Assembly (NCBI GenBank): GCA_945865755.1
Contig: CAMBFS010000001.1
Coordinates: 3,210 to 67,209, forward strand
DNA from: Klebsiella pneumoniae
Lineage (GTDB): Bacteria > Desulfobacterota > Binatia > Bin18
DNA length: 64,000 nucleotides
Direction of reading: 5' to 3'
Each line of letters starts with the position of its first letter. The first letter of the stretch is position 1. This document shows, one piece after another, positions 51,381 through 61,287 of this stretch. A model generated the notes under the pieces. It saw only the letters and a list, made by a program, of their open reading frames with translations, was not told where the DNA came from and did no database searches. Position numbers and translations under genes: made by a program.

Positions 51381-52124
51381 TCAATCGCGACTCCGCAACT
51401 TGGTCAGCAGGCGTAGCAGCTCAACATACAGCCAGATGAGGGTCACCATGAGCCCGAAGGCGGCGTACCATTCCATATACTTGGGCGCGCCGTTGGCCGC
51501 GCCGCTCTCGATGAAGTCAAAGTCCAGCACCAGATTCAGCGCCGCGACGACGACCACGAACAGACTGATCCCGATGCCCATCAGTCCGTTCCCATGAATC
51601 CAAGAGACGGAGGCTCCGAAAAAACTCAGGACCCATGTCGCGAGATACACCAGCATGATGCCCCCGGTAGCGGCCACCACACCGAGCTTGAAGTTTTCCG
51701 TCGCCCGGATGAGACCGGACTGGTATGCCAGCAACAAACCACCCATGGTTCCCACCGTCAGGCCAAACGCTTGCAAGGCGATCCCTGGATATCTCGTTTC
51801 CAAAATCGCGGAGATGCCACCAAGAAACAGCCCTTCGAGCGCGGCATACATCGGCGCGGTCACCGGCGACCAGGTCTGCTTGAACATGGTTACCAACGCA
51901 ACCACAAATCCCCCAATCATGCCGCCAATCATCCACGGATAGATCGCGGCCGGGTTCTGCGTGCTCGCAAGCATGTTCCACGGGATGCTCGCGCAGGCCA
52001 GCACGATCACCAGCAGCATCCCAGTTTTCGTCACCGTCCCCTGGATCGTCATCGGCGTACTGATGCTGCCGGAGCCGATTCTCGTGAATGTTTCGGGGGT
52101 GAGGGCTGGATTGCTTGTTCTCAT
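51381..52124 (-). CDS. Bax inhibitor-1/YccA family membrane protein
   Basis: MRTSNPAL, MT.QGTV.KT, YAALEG, LVLDFD, APKYMEWY.AFGL.VTL.WLY.E. Confidence 0.9.
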   Translation of the reverse strand: MRTSNPALTPETFTRIGSGSISTPMTIQGTVTKTGMLLVIVLACASIPWNMLASTQNPAAIYPWMIGGMIGGFVVALVTMFKQTWSPVTAPMYAALEGLFLGGISAILETRYPGIALQAFGLTVGTMGGLLLAYQSGLIRATENFKLGVVAATGGIMLVYLATWVLSFFGASVSWIHGNGLMGIGISLFVVVVAALNLVLDFDFIESGAANGAPKYMEWYAAFGLMVTLIWLYVELLRLLTKLRSRD

Positions 52125-52287
52125 TGTCTGATCCTCCTTACTTTGAGAAACAGGGAAACGGGGAAACGGGGAAACGGGGAAATGGAGAAACGAAGAGTAG
52201 AAGAGATGGTATCCTTTTCGTTCTCTGGCTCTCCCTGTCTCCGATTCTCCCCGTCTCCGATTCGCCGATTCTCGGTTTCCAGTCTTC

Positions 52288-52941
52288 CTACTTGCCAGTA
52301 AACGCCTGTCCCCAGCGGTCCACGCACGTCACTTCTTCGACTGACATGCGCTGCACGGGTCCAAATTTCCCGCGTGGATAACCAATCGGAATCAGCGCGT
52401 ATGTCGAGACATCCTTGGGCAGCCCCAAGACCGCTTGCAACTCTTCGTCATACAACGAGGCTACGGTGGTCAGTGTCGCGCCTAGTCCCAGCGCCCGGCA
52501 GGTCAAGAGCACATTCTGCACGGCGGGATAAATACTGGAGCCCGACAACCGTCCGAGTCTGGCCGCGATATCCGCGGGCATCGGCGGGGCCTTGAGACAC
52601 GCCACCAGCAGCACCGGCACTTCATTCATGTGTTCAGCAAGATACGTGGCCGCATCCAAGATGCGCCCTAACCGCTCTTCACCCAGATGCTCTGGAGCTT
52701 TACGGCTTTTGTACATGCCCTGCACGTCACGCCACCCTTTGAGGTAGACATCTTGGATTTGTTTCTTCACTTCCGGGTTTTTGACCACCACGAACCGCCA
52801 GTTCTGGTTATTCCCACCACTGGGAGCGCGAATGGCCGCATCAAGGATTTTGTGGATCATGGCATCGGGCACCGGATCGGGTTTCAACCGCCGGAGACTC
52901 CGGGTGGAAAAGATCGTCTCAAAGATACCGAGTTCAGACAT
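52288..52941 (-). CDS. Nitroreductase family protein
   Basis: RSLRRLKPDPV, RAPSGGN.Q.W.FVVV, SIYPAVQN.LL..RALGLG, IPIGYP. Confidence 0.9.
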   Translation of the reverse strand: MSELGIFETIFSTRSLRRLKPDPVPDAMIHKILDAAIRAPSGGNNQNWRFVVVKNPEVKKQIQDVYLKGWRDVQGMYKSRKAPEHLGEERLGRILDAATYLAEHMNEVPVLLVACLKAPPMPADIAARLGRLSGSSIYPAVQNVLLTCRALGLGATLTTVASLYDEELQAVLGLPKDVSTYALIPIGYPRGKFGPVQRMSVEEVTCVDRWGQAFTGK

Positions 52942-53130
52942 ACAGGTCTCCTTTCTTCTCTCTACATGAGTGAGCGCCGCCTCTTGTCGATCAAAACTGT
53001 TGCCGCTAGAGTGTCCGGCCATACATTAGCCGGGACGATGAGTTCTGGCCATTGTGCGAGTCACGTCCCTTTCTGTCAAACGTCTAACCAAACAGCGCCG
53101 CCGCACCGCGGTAAAAAGGAGATAGCAGGC

Positions 53131-54066
53131 ATGAAGCGATCATGGAGAGGACACACCAAACTGGTGCTGTTCCTTCTACTGTTCAGTACGCCAGGGTGCG
53201 GTGCACCATCGGGCACCAGCCTGAGCGGTGATGAGTTGCAGAAAAAATATCCCGACGAAAAATATGTCCAGTTGAAGGGTGTGTCGTTGCACTACGAACA
53301 AGAAGGGCTCGGCAGGCCCGTGGTCTTACTCCATGGATTTCTCACGCATTCGGCTATCTGGCGCAACATTATTCCGACATTCACCTATAGCTATACGCTC
53401 TACAGCCTCGACTTGATGGGGTCTGGACTCTCGGAGAAACCGCAAAATCAAACCTACAGCATCGATACCCATGTCGCGCAGTTAGGGCAATTGATCGAGG
53501 ATTTTCATCTCGACAACGCGATTCTCATCGGACACGGAGTCGGAGGCGCCATCGCCATGGTCTACGCCATGCGGAACCCTGGGAAGGTGAAGAAGCTGAT
53601 CGTCATGAACGCGCCGTTGTCGCCTGGCTATTCGGCGACCGGACTCTGGCTACTCAAGACCCCACTCATCGGCGGCATGCTCACGAATGACTGGTTCATC
53701 CAACGCACGCTACGTAGGGGGTTCTTCAAACCCGAATCGTTTCCGGAATCGGTGCTCGACATGTACCTGCAACCGTATCGTGACGACCCAGGAGCGCGGG
53801 TGGCTCTCTTGAAGCAAATAAAAGAGTTGAACCTTGATCCTGTCGTCGAAAAAGAGGTCACTCCCAATCTCGCGAAGTTCCAAGTGCCAACCTTGATCCT
53901 GTGGGGAGCGAACGATCCCTATGTCCCTCTTGATGTGGGGAAGAGCCTCGACACAGTGATTCCAAACGATGAATTTCCAGTGGTCCTCAATACGGGCCAC
54001 TATGAACTGGAAGAACGGCCAGAAGAAACCCGCGCGATGATCAAGGAATTCTTGGATACCCCCTAG
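53131..54066 (+). CDS. Alpha/beta hydrolase-fold lipoprotein
   Basis: Lipobox-like TPGC, LLHGF, DLMGSG.S, GHGVGG, WGANDP, GHY. Confidence 0.82.
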   Translation: MKRSWRGHTKLVLFLLLFSTPGCGAPSGTSLSGDELQKKYPDEKYVQLKGVSLHYEQEGLGRPVVLLHGFLTHSAIWRNIIPTFTYSYTLYSLDLMGSGLSEKPQNQTYSIDTHVAQLGQLIEDFHLDNAILIGHGVGGAIAMVYAMRNPGKVKKLIVMNAPLSPGYSATGLWLLKTPLIGGMLTNDWFIQRTLRRGFFKPESFPESVLDMYLQPYRDDPGARVALLKQIKELNLDPVVEKEVTPNLAKFQVPTLILWGANDPYVPLDVGKSLDTVIPNDEFPVVLNTGHYELEERPEETRAMIKEFLDTP

Positions 54067-54078
54067 ATGTGATACATC

Positions 54079-54540
54079 CTAGATGTGATACATCGGCGTC
54101 GGCAGACTCCGGCGGTTTTGCGCCGCCCGTCTGCCTATCACACTCAGATTCACGCGGTCCATCACGGTCGCGACTTCGTGCTGGACCTCGCTCATCACCG
54201 CGCGTAACCAGCAGTTCTCCGGTGTCGGACATTCCGGACACGTCACCGGGCTCGATTCATTCATACACGGCAGCGGCATCACCGGACCATCGACAGCGCG
54301 GAGGATCGCGCCCAGCGTCACCTCACGCGCGGGTCGTTGGAGCGCATACCCGCCGGCCTTCCCGCGACTACTGTGCAAAATGCCAGCGTTCTTGAGCGCC
54401 AACAGCACTTGTTCCAGAAATTTTTTCGGAATTTTTTCTTGATCGGCGATCTCTTGGATCGACATCTGGGCCGGCGCACCGGGGGCCGCCAGCCGAGAGA
54501 GCGCGCGTAACGCATATTCGGATTTTTTCGACAGTTTCAT
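54079..54540 (-). CDS. Rrf2 family transcriptional regulator
   Basis: MKLSKKSEYALRAL, IPKKFLEQ.L, S.RG..GGY.L, Cys cluster. Confidence 0.92.
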   Translation of the reverse strand: MKLSKKSEYALRALSRLAAPGAPAQMSIQEIADQEKIPKKFLEQVLLALKNAGILHSSRGKAGGYALQRPAREVTLGAILRAVDGPVMPLPCMNESSPVTCPECPTPENCWLRAVMSEVQHEVATVMDRVNLSVIGRRAAQNRRSLPTPMYHI

Positions 54541-55436
54541 CTCAAAGCCCAGGTTTCGGGTTTCGGGTTTCGGGTTCCGAGTTCTAGATTCGGTCCTCGG
54601 TCCTCGGTCTTCGGTCCCTTCTGACTTTTGACTTTTGCCCTTTGACTTTTGCCTTTTGACTTCTCTTCACTCACATTCTCGGAAAACCACTGAAGCTGTT
54701 CTCGAAGCCGCACCACTTCGCCAATGACGATGACAACCGGCGGGGCGAGTTTCACGGCTTCCGCTTTCATCACGATGTCCGCGAGTGTGCCGATAAGAGT
54801 GTATTGCTCCGCCGTCGTGCCTTGACGAATCAACGCGACTGGCGTCTCTGGTGACCGGCCAGCAGAAGTCAAGTGTGACACAATCCGAGGCAAACTTTTG
54901 ACACCCATCAAAACAACAAGCGTATCAACCACGGTCGCCAGCTCGCCCCAGGGTAGTGAGGATTCCTCTTTGTCCGCCTCTTCATGTCCAGTGATAACCG
55001 CGAACGAAGAGGCAATTTTCCGGTGCGTCAGCGGAATGCCCGCATACGCGGGAACGGCAACCGCCGAACTGACACCAGGAACAACCTCAAAGGGAATACC
55101 GGCTTCGACCAAGGTCTGGGCTTCTTCGCCCCCACGCCCAAAGACAAACGGATCACCGCCCTTCAAACGCACAACCACCGCCCCTTGTCGCGCCGAGGTC
55201 ACCAGCAACCGATTGATGCGCTCTTGTGACATGCAGTGTCGTCCGGATTCCTTGCCCACATAAATCCGCACGGCATCGTCCGGCGCTTCCGCCACCAAGT
55301 CAGGATGCACGAGGCGATCATAAATCAACACTTCCGCTTGTCGGAGCAGAGTGAGCCCACGCACGGTGATGAGCCCCGGATCACCTGGACCCGCCCCTAC
55401 TAAATATACTTTTCCGGGATCAAGTTGATGAAACAT
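54537..55436 (-). CDS. cobA: Uroporphyrinogen-III C-methyltransferase
   Basis: VYLVGAGPGDPGL, YDRLV, RLKGGDPFVFGRGGEE, VPGVSS. Confidence 0.95.
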   Translation of the reverse strand: MFHQLDPGKVYLVGAGPGDPGLITVRGLTLLRQAEVLIYDRLVHPDLVAEAPDDAVRIYVGKESGRHCMSQERINRLLVTSARQGAVVVRLKGGDPFVFGRGGEEAQTLVEAGIPFEVVPGVSSAVAVPAYAGIPLTHRKIASSFAVITGHEEADKEESSLPWGELATVVDTLVVLMGVKSLPRIVSHLTSAGRSPETPVALIRQGTTAEQYTLIGTLADIVMKAEAVKLAPPVVIVIGEVVRLREQLQWFSENVSEEKSKGKSQRAKVKSQKGPKTEDRGPNLELGTRNPKPETWALR

Positions 55437-55438
55437 GT

Positions 55439-56074
55439 CTATTTCTCCTCTACGCCCAATACCGTTCGTAATCGGGCAACCGCCGCGTCTCGTTGTCCCG
55501 CGCGCACGTATTGACGAAACGTCGGTTCCTTGAGCGCGCTGGTCCATTGGTCCCCCGTCAGTACTCGCTTTCCATTCCGCACTTCTCGTCGCATGGCCGC
55601 GGCGATCTCCACCAACAGGGTATAGTCCTCACCGACCATTGATTGCAGTTCCTCGCGCATCACCCGCGCGAGCGCGGGGCTCGTCCCGCCTGTTGATACG
55701 GCTATCGCCAAATCTCCACGACGGATCACCGCCGGGAGAAAGAAATCACAGCGAGCGGGATCATCCGCGCTATTGACGAGGACCCCAGCGGCTCGGCCAT
55801 CAGCGAAGATAAGGGCATCAACTGTCGCATCGCCGGTCGTCGTAAACGCGAGGAAAAACCCGTTGAGGTCCCCAGATTGATAGGACCGTGCCACATACCC
55901 CACGACGCCACCATCGACCTGTCGTTGCAAACTCGGTGTGAGGTTCGGGCTAATGATCGTGATCGCCGCCCCAGCCTCGACAAGCCCCACTACTTTCCGC
56001 TCAGCGACCACACCTCCACCGATGACCACACACCGTCGTTGCGTTAGATCAAAAAATACTGGGTAGGCTTTCAT
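55439..56074 (-). CDS. Precorrin-2 dehydrogenase / sirohydrochlorin ferrochelatase (CysG N-terminal/SirC-like)
   Basis: YPVF, VIGGGVVAERK, VNSADDP..CDF..PA, VSTGG.SP.LAR. Confidence 0.92.
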   Translation of the reverse strand: MKAYPVFFDLTQRRCVVIGGGVVAERKVVGLVEAGAAITIISPNLTPSLQRQVDGGVVGYVARSYQSGDLNGFFLAFTTTGDATVDALIFADGRAAGVLVNSADDPARCDFFLPAVIRRGDLAIAVSTGGTSPALARVMREELQSMVGEDYTLLVEIAAAMRREVRNGKRVLTGDQWTSALKEPTFRQYVRAGQRDAAVARLRTVLGVEEK

Positions 56075-56154
56075 ATCTGCTTGTCATCCATTTCGATGAT
56101 CAAAATCGGTAATCACATTCTGATCCCCCTCACCCTGACCCTCTCCCAGCCGGG

Positions 56155-56276
56155 CAATGGCATTAAGTTAAGGGGGTGACTGTCATTGCGAGGAGTCCGA
56201 CGACGAAGCAATCTCCAACAAAACAAAGATTGCTTCGCTGCTCGCAATGACACGGTTGCTTAACTTAATGCCATTG
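56155..56276. mobile_element. 122-bp MITE copy 1
   Basis: Perfect 18-bp TIR caatggcattaagttaag; 11-bp TSD tcccagccggg (56144-56154, 56277-56287). Confidence 0.9.
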
Positions 56277-56438
56277 TCCCAGCCGGGAGAGGGAACCTGG
56301 AAGCGGGCTCGTGACTATTACCACACTTGGTCGTCACCATTCATTCCAGGGCAACAAAACAAAGAAGGTGCCTTCTCTCCGATTCCCCCTCTCTCCGATT
56401 CTCCCCGTCTTCTTTTTCGGGCTCCTCGGCGCTTGCCC

Positions 56439-56505
56439 TTGACACACGAACACCATCTGGGTATTAACACCCTAATCCGATTATGTCTATAGGTTTTATA
56501 GACAT
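56439..56505 (+). promoter_or_regulatory. Sigma-70-like promoter plus palindromic operator upstream of the sulfite reductase
   Basis: ttgaca(56439)-17 bp-tattaa(56462); atgtctata-N5-tatagacat at 56483-56505. Confidence 0.7.
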
Positions 56506-56519
56506 TAAGAAAGGGCGTT

Positions 56520-58265
56520 ATGGCAAACGTTGAAGCGATCAAAATTCAGAGTCAGTTCTTACGAGGCACGCTCGCCGACGACATCCACCAGACCACCAGT
56601 GGGGTGTCCGCCGCCAACGCTACCCTCATCAAGTTTCACGGCTTGTATCAACAAGAGGATCGCGACGCGCGCCAGACCCGTAAGCAGGTCGGCACCACCA
56701 AGGTCCAACAGTTCATGGTGCGCTCCAAGGTGCCAGGCGGGCATCTCACCCCAGCTCAATACCTCGCCCATGACTCCGTCGCCACCGACGTCGCCAACGG
56801 TACCCTCCGCATCACTACTCGACAAGATTTTCAGTTTCACGGGATCCTCAAAGGCGGCCTCAAACACACGATCGCCACGCTCAATCAGAGCCTGGTGACC
56901 ACGCTCGGCGCATGCGGCGATGTGGTTCGCAATGTCGTGCTCTGCCCCTGCGGCGTGAGCGATCAACTGCGTGAGGAACTCTTTCCTCATGCCCGTCAGC
57001 TCTCCACGTATCTCGCCCCCCGAACGAATTCCTATAGCGAAATCTGGCTCGACGGCGAGAAAGCCGCTTCGTTGGAACCCAAGGAAGAAGAACCGCTGTA
57101 CGGGCGCACCTATCTTCCACGTAAATTCAAAATTGGCGTCGCGGTGCCGTGGGACAATTGCATTGATGTCATGGCCCAAGACCTGGGCTTCGTCGCCACG
57201 ACCGAGGGCGACCATCTGCAAGGGTTCACCGTCTATGTGGGCGGCGGTCTGGGGATGACCCACCATAAACCAGCGACTTACCCCGCATTAGGACAAGCCC
57301 TCGCCTGGATTCCTCCCACACTCACCGTGCCGGTCGCGGAGGCCGTGGTCAAAGTCTTCCGCGATTGGGGAGACCGTGAGAATCGCAAGCATGCACGGAT
57401 CAAATACTTAGTGGTCGAGCGTGGCATCGCCTGGCTTAAGGCCGAAGTGGAAAAACATCTGGGCTTCACGCTGGAAGCGCCACGGGCCGTGCCGATTCGC
57501 CAAGCCCACGCGCATCTCGGCTGGATCGCGCAACGCGATGGCCGCTGGTCACTCGGTGTGCATGTTGAAAGTGGTCGCATCGCCGACACGGACACGCAGC
57601 GGAGCAAAACCGCCTTCCGCACGATTGTCGAACGCTTTCAGCCCGACACGCAACTGACCTGCGATCAGAATATCGTCTTCTCGAATCTTCCCGCGGCGGC
57701 GCGAAGCGAAATTGACTCGCTCCTCAAGCAGCATGGTGTTACCCCGGCTGAGAACATCTCGCCGGTGCGTCAGCGTGCCCTCGCCTGCCCGGCGTTGCCG
57801 ACCTGTGGCCTCGCGCTCTCCGAAGCCGAACGCATCTTCCCCGCCTTCTTGAACGAGCTGGAACAGGAACTGGAAGCGCTCGGACTAGAAACCGAAGCGC
57901 CGGTGGTACGCATCACTGGGTGTCCCAATGGCTGCGCGCGACCTTACACCGCTGAGATCGGCCTCGTGGGCCGCTCCGGCGACCACTATGTGCTGTACCT
58001 GGGTGGGAGTCATGTCGGGACGCGGTTAGGTACCGCTGTGGCGGACCTTGTCTCGCTCAAAGAGATCGTCCCGACACTTCGTCCGGTCTTGCTGGCGTTT
58101 CGCACGTACCGATTTCCAGGCGAACAGTTCGGTGACTTTTGTCACCGCCTCGGGGCCGACGCCGTGCGTCAGCTCATCACGCATGCGACCACACTCGACT
58201 CCAGCGCACCGGTTACCACACGCGCGGCGGTGTCTCATGCACAAGAAGCGTCCCCTTTGACATAA
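56520..58265 (+). CDS. Assimilatory sulfite reductase hemoprotein subunit (CysI/Sir family)
   Basis: KFHGLYQQ.DRD, RITTRQ, ACGDVVRN, YLPRKFK, ACPALPTCGLA, TGCPNGC.RP. Confidence 0.93.
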   Translation: MANVEAIKIQSQFLRGTLADDIHQTTSGVSAANATLIKFHGLYQQEDRDARQTRKQVGTTKVQQFMVRSKVPGGHLTPAQYLAHDSVATDVANGTLRITTRQDFQFHGILKGGLKHTIATLNQSLVTTLGACGDVVRNVVLCPCGVSDQLREELFPHARQLSTYLAPRTNSYSEIWLDGEKAASLEPKEEEPLYGRTYLPRKFKIGVAVPWDNCIDVMAQDLGFVATTEGDHLQGFTVYVGGGLGMTHHKPATYPALGQALAWIPPTLTVPVAEAVVKVFRDWGDRENRKHARIKYLVVERGIAWLKAEVEKHLGFTLEAPRAVPIRQAHAHLGWIAQRDGRWSLGVHVESGRIADTDTQRSKTAFRTIVERFQPDTQLTCDQNIVFSNLPAAARSEIDSLLKQHGVTPAENISPVRQRALACPALPTCGLALSEAERIFPAFLNELEQELEALGLETEAPVVRITGCPNGCARPYTAEIGLVGRSGDHYVLYLGGSHVGTRLGTAVADLVSLKEIVPTLRPVLLAFRTYRFPGEQFGDFCHRLGADAVRQLITHATTLDSSAPVTTRAAVSHAQEASPLT

Positions 58266-58318
58266 CTCCACATCCCCAACGCACATACAGCCAGATCATA
58301 GAGAAAGGACAGCGAGTT

Positions 58319-59101
58319 ATGATGGATTCGATCCGTTTGAGCCAGCACGAAGTTGAACGACTCACCGAGCGTTACGATGGACAGTCACCACAAGAGGTGC
58401 TGACCTGGGCGCTGGATCGGTTCGGCTCTCGTCTCGCGCTCTGTACCAGTTTTCAAGCTGACGGCATGGCCATTCTCGATATGGCCTGGCGCATCAATCC
58501 CAAGGTTCGCGTTTTCACCATTGACACTGGACGACTGCCGCAAGAAACCTACGCGTTGTTGGACCGCGTGCGTGAACAGTACGGCATTGAGATTGAGGCA
58601 TACTTCCCGAATGCCACGCAGGTAGAGAGTTTAGTACGTCGTCACGGCATCAACCTCTTCTATCATTCGGTCGAGTCACGACTCTTATGTTGCCAAGCGC
58701 GGAAAGTGCTCCCCCTCAATCGTGTGCTCACCACCCTCGATGCCTGGGTTACCGGACTCCGGCGCGATCAGTCCAGCACCCGTGCCACCATTCACACAAT
58801 CGCACTCGACCATGAACACGGCGGACTCGTGAAGATCAATCCGTTAGCAGATTGGGACGAGCAGCAGGTGTGGAACTACATCCGCCAACATAACGTTCCC
58901 TACCACCCGTTCTACGATCAAGGGTATACCAGCATCGGCTGCGCCCCGTGCACACGACCGACAACCGCAGGTGAAGATACTCGTGCTGGACGCTGGTGGT
59001 GGGAAACGAACACCCCAAAAGAATGCGGTATGCACTGCACCATTGAGAGTGGCCGATTTGAGCGGGAGCTGCTCAAAACCCCCGCTGTTTTAGCGGAATA
59101 A
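58319..59101 (+). CDS. cysH: APS/PAPS reductase (4Fe-4S-type motifs)
   Basis: DTGRL, CC, TGLRRDQ, GYTSIGCAPCT, RAGRWWWE, ECGMH. Confidence 0.93.
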   Translation: MMDSIRLSQHEVERLTERYDGQSPQEVLTWALDRFGSRLALCTSFQADGMAILDMAWRINPKVRVFTIDTGRLPQETYALLDRVREQYGIEIEAYFPNATQVESLVRRHGINLFYHSVESRLLCCQARKVLPLNRVLTTLDAWVTGLRRDQSSTRATIHTIALDHEHGGLVKINPLADWDEQQVWNYIRQHNVPYHPFYDQGYTSIGCAPCTRPTTAGEDTRAGRWWWETNTPKECGMHCTIESGRFERELLKTPAVLAE

Positions 59102-59129
59102 ATATGGCCATCTGGAGAATACCTAACGC

Positions 59130-60032
59130 ATGGAAGCCTTCTTCTCGGACCCAGCAGTGGTCACCCTTATTTCGATCACCCTGTTCGCCGCCGTGGTGAA
59201 TGGCGCGCTTGGCTACGGATTTTCCTCACTGACGGTGCCCGTCGCGCTCCTCTTTTACGCGAACCGCGTCCTTAACCCCGCCCTGGTTCTCCTTGAAGTC
59301 ATCCTTAACAGCTACGTGCTCCTCACCAACCGGGAGAGTGTGCCACGCGTATGGCGGCGGGTGTTTCCCCTCCTCGTCGGGTTGCTGCCCGGCGTCATCA
59401 TTGGCAGTTACATTTTGACATCCGTCCACCCCGGATGGGTCAAATTCCTGACGTATGTCATCATCCTCCCGCTCATTCTCATTCAAGCCGCCGGGGTACG
59501 GAAATACATTCGGGCAGAAAAGATCGTCAGCGTTCCGTTTGGGATCGGCGTTGGAGTGCTCTACTCAGTCACCACGATCTCCGGTCCTCCTCTCGCCTTG
59601 CTGTTCAATAACCAGGGGTATGTGAAACAGGACTTTCGCGCGGGACTCGCGCTCATCCGTATGGCGGAATCGGCTTTCACCGCCATCGCCTATTATTTCT
59701 TGGGTCTCTACACCATGGAAACGCCGCAGCTCATGGGACTCATCCTCCCCAGCGTGCTCATCGGCATTCCTCTGGGTGGGTTTCTCATCCGTCGCATCGC
59801 GACGGAAACCTTCCGTCGCGTGTGCATGAGTTTTGACGCCTGGATCGTGGGCTTCGGCCTTTCACGCACCCTGATTGAGCTGGGAGTGGCAGCAAGTCCA
59901 TCAGCATACGGCGTGCTGGCCGCGACGCTTCTCATTGACGGGATTCTGTTAGCCCGCTTCTTCCTCTTCTCGAATGGGCATCAACCCGAGACCGCTCCCC
60001 AGCCCAACGCTCTGCCTGGCTATTCCGCATAA
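59130..60032 (+). CDS. TauE/SafE family sulfite exporter
   Basis: Multi-TM, VNGALGYGFS, ISGPP. Confidence 0.85.
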   Translation: MEAFFSDPAVVTLISITLFAAVVNGALGYGFSSLTVPVALLFYANRVLNPALVLLEVILNSYVLLTNRESVPRVWRRVFPLLVGLLPGVIIGSYILTSVHPGWVKFLTYVIILPLILIQAAGVRKYIRAEKIVSVPFGIGVGVLYSVTTISGPPLALLFNNQGYVKQDFRAGLALIRMAESAFTAIAYYFLGLYTMETPQLMGLILPSVLIGIPLGGFLIRRIATETFRRVCMSFDAWIVGFGLSRTLIELGVAASPSAYGVLAATLLIDGILLARFFLFSNGHQPETAPQPNALPGYSA

Positions 60033-60096
60033 GACGTGCACCGTACCACGAGTGTGGTACACTAGGTCCCCAACGTTACATGGTTGAGGACCCACA

Positions 60097-61029
60097 ATGG
60101 CACGCCTATTCAAAGACATCACCGAAACAGTTGGTCACACCCCGCTCGTGCGCCTGAATCGCGTGACGCACGGACTACACGCCGAGATTTACGCCAAGCT
60201 CGAATTCTTCAATCCGTTGAGCAGCGTAAAAGATCGGATCGGCCTCAATATGATTACCGCCGCCGAACGGGCGGGAAAAATCACCGCCAAGACCGTGCTG
60301 ATTGAGCCCACCAGCGGCAACACGGGGATCGCCCTCGCCTTTGTGGCGGCGGCGCGCGGCTATCGGCTGATTCTCACCATGCCAGAGTCCATGAGTTTGG
60401 AACGACGCAATCTGCTCCGGCTCTTGGGGGCCGAGTTAGTGCTCACCCCTGCAGCGGAAGGTATGCAAGGGGCGATCCGCAAAGCCAAGGAACTCGCCAA
60501 AAAACATCCCAAGGCGTTCATCCCTCAGCAATTCGAGAATCCGGCCAATCCCGAAATTCACCGCCAAACGACGGCTCAGGAAATCTGGGACGACACGGAT
60601 GGAGCAGTGGATATGGTGGTCAGTGGGGTTGGCACTGGCGGAACCATTACTGGAGTGAGTGAAGTCATCAAACGTAAGAAACCCAGTTTTTGGGTGATTG
60701 CCGTGGAACCGGCGGATTCGCCGGTGCTCGCTGGCGGGAAGCCCGGACCACATGGCATTCAAGGCATTGGCGCGGGCTTCGTCCCGCCGATCCTCAACAC
60801 CACAATCATCGACGAGATTATTCACGTCACGGACGAGGATGCCCTCAAGACGGCTCGTCTCGTGGCACGGCAAGAAGGGATTCCCGCCGGCATTAGCAGC
60901 GGGGCCACGATATGGGCCGCGCTGCAGGTGGCCGCGCGCCCAGAGAGCAAGGGCAAGATGATTGTCGTCATCGTCGCCAGTTCGGCGGAACGGTATCTGA
61001 GTACGGCCTTGGTCGAGGGGCTGTCATAG
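60097..61029 (+). CDS. cysK: Cysteine synthase A
   Basis: [47 protein letters not shown]. Confidence 0.97.
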   Translation: MARLFKDITETVGHTPLVRLNRVTHGLHAEIYAKLEFFNPLSSVKDRIGLNMITAAERAGKITAKTVLIEPTSGNTGIALAFVAAARGYRLILTMPESMSLERRNLLRLLGAELVLTPAAEGMQGAIRKAKELAKKHPKAFIPQQFENPANPEIHRQTTAQEIWDDTDGAVDMVVSGVGTGGTITGVSEVIKRKKPSFWVIAVEPADSPVLAGGKPGPHGIQGIGAGFVPPILNTTIIDEIIHVTDEDALKTARLVARQEGIPAGISSGATIWAALQVAARPESKGKMIVVIVASSAERYLSTALVEGLS

Positions 61030-61121
61030 TGTCGTCACTCGCCTATGGAAACGCTACAGCAAAATGTGGAGTGGCAAATGTTCACGAGCGCTCAGCTTTC
61101 AGGTCCCCTCGCCCCTTGGGG

Positions 61122-61243
61122 CAATGGCATTAAGTTAAGGGGGAGACTGTCATTGCGAGGAGTCGGACGACGAAGCAATCTCCAACAAAACAAAGATTGC
61201 TTCGCTGCTCGCAATGACACGGTTGCTTAACTTCATGCCATTG
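61122..61243. mobile_element. 122-bp MITE copy 2
   Basis: 3 substitutions relative to copy 1; flanks do not form a clean TSD. Confidence 0.88.
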
Positions 61244-61287
61244 CCCATCCGGGAGAGGAGTTTTTGCGCGAGAAGACTGGCGCGGAA

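Noticed and set aside
60043-60060. Small palindrome gtaccac-gagt-gtggtac between tauE and cysK
   Set aside because: 7-bp stem with no U-tract or second copy; could be chance
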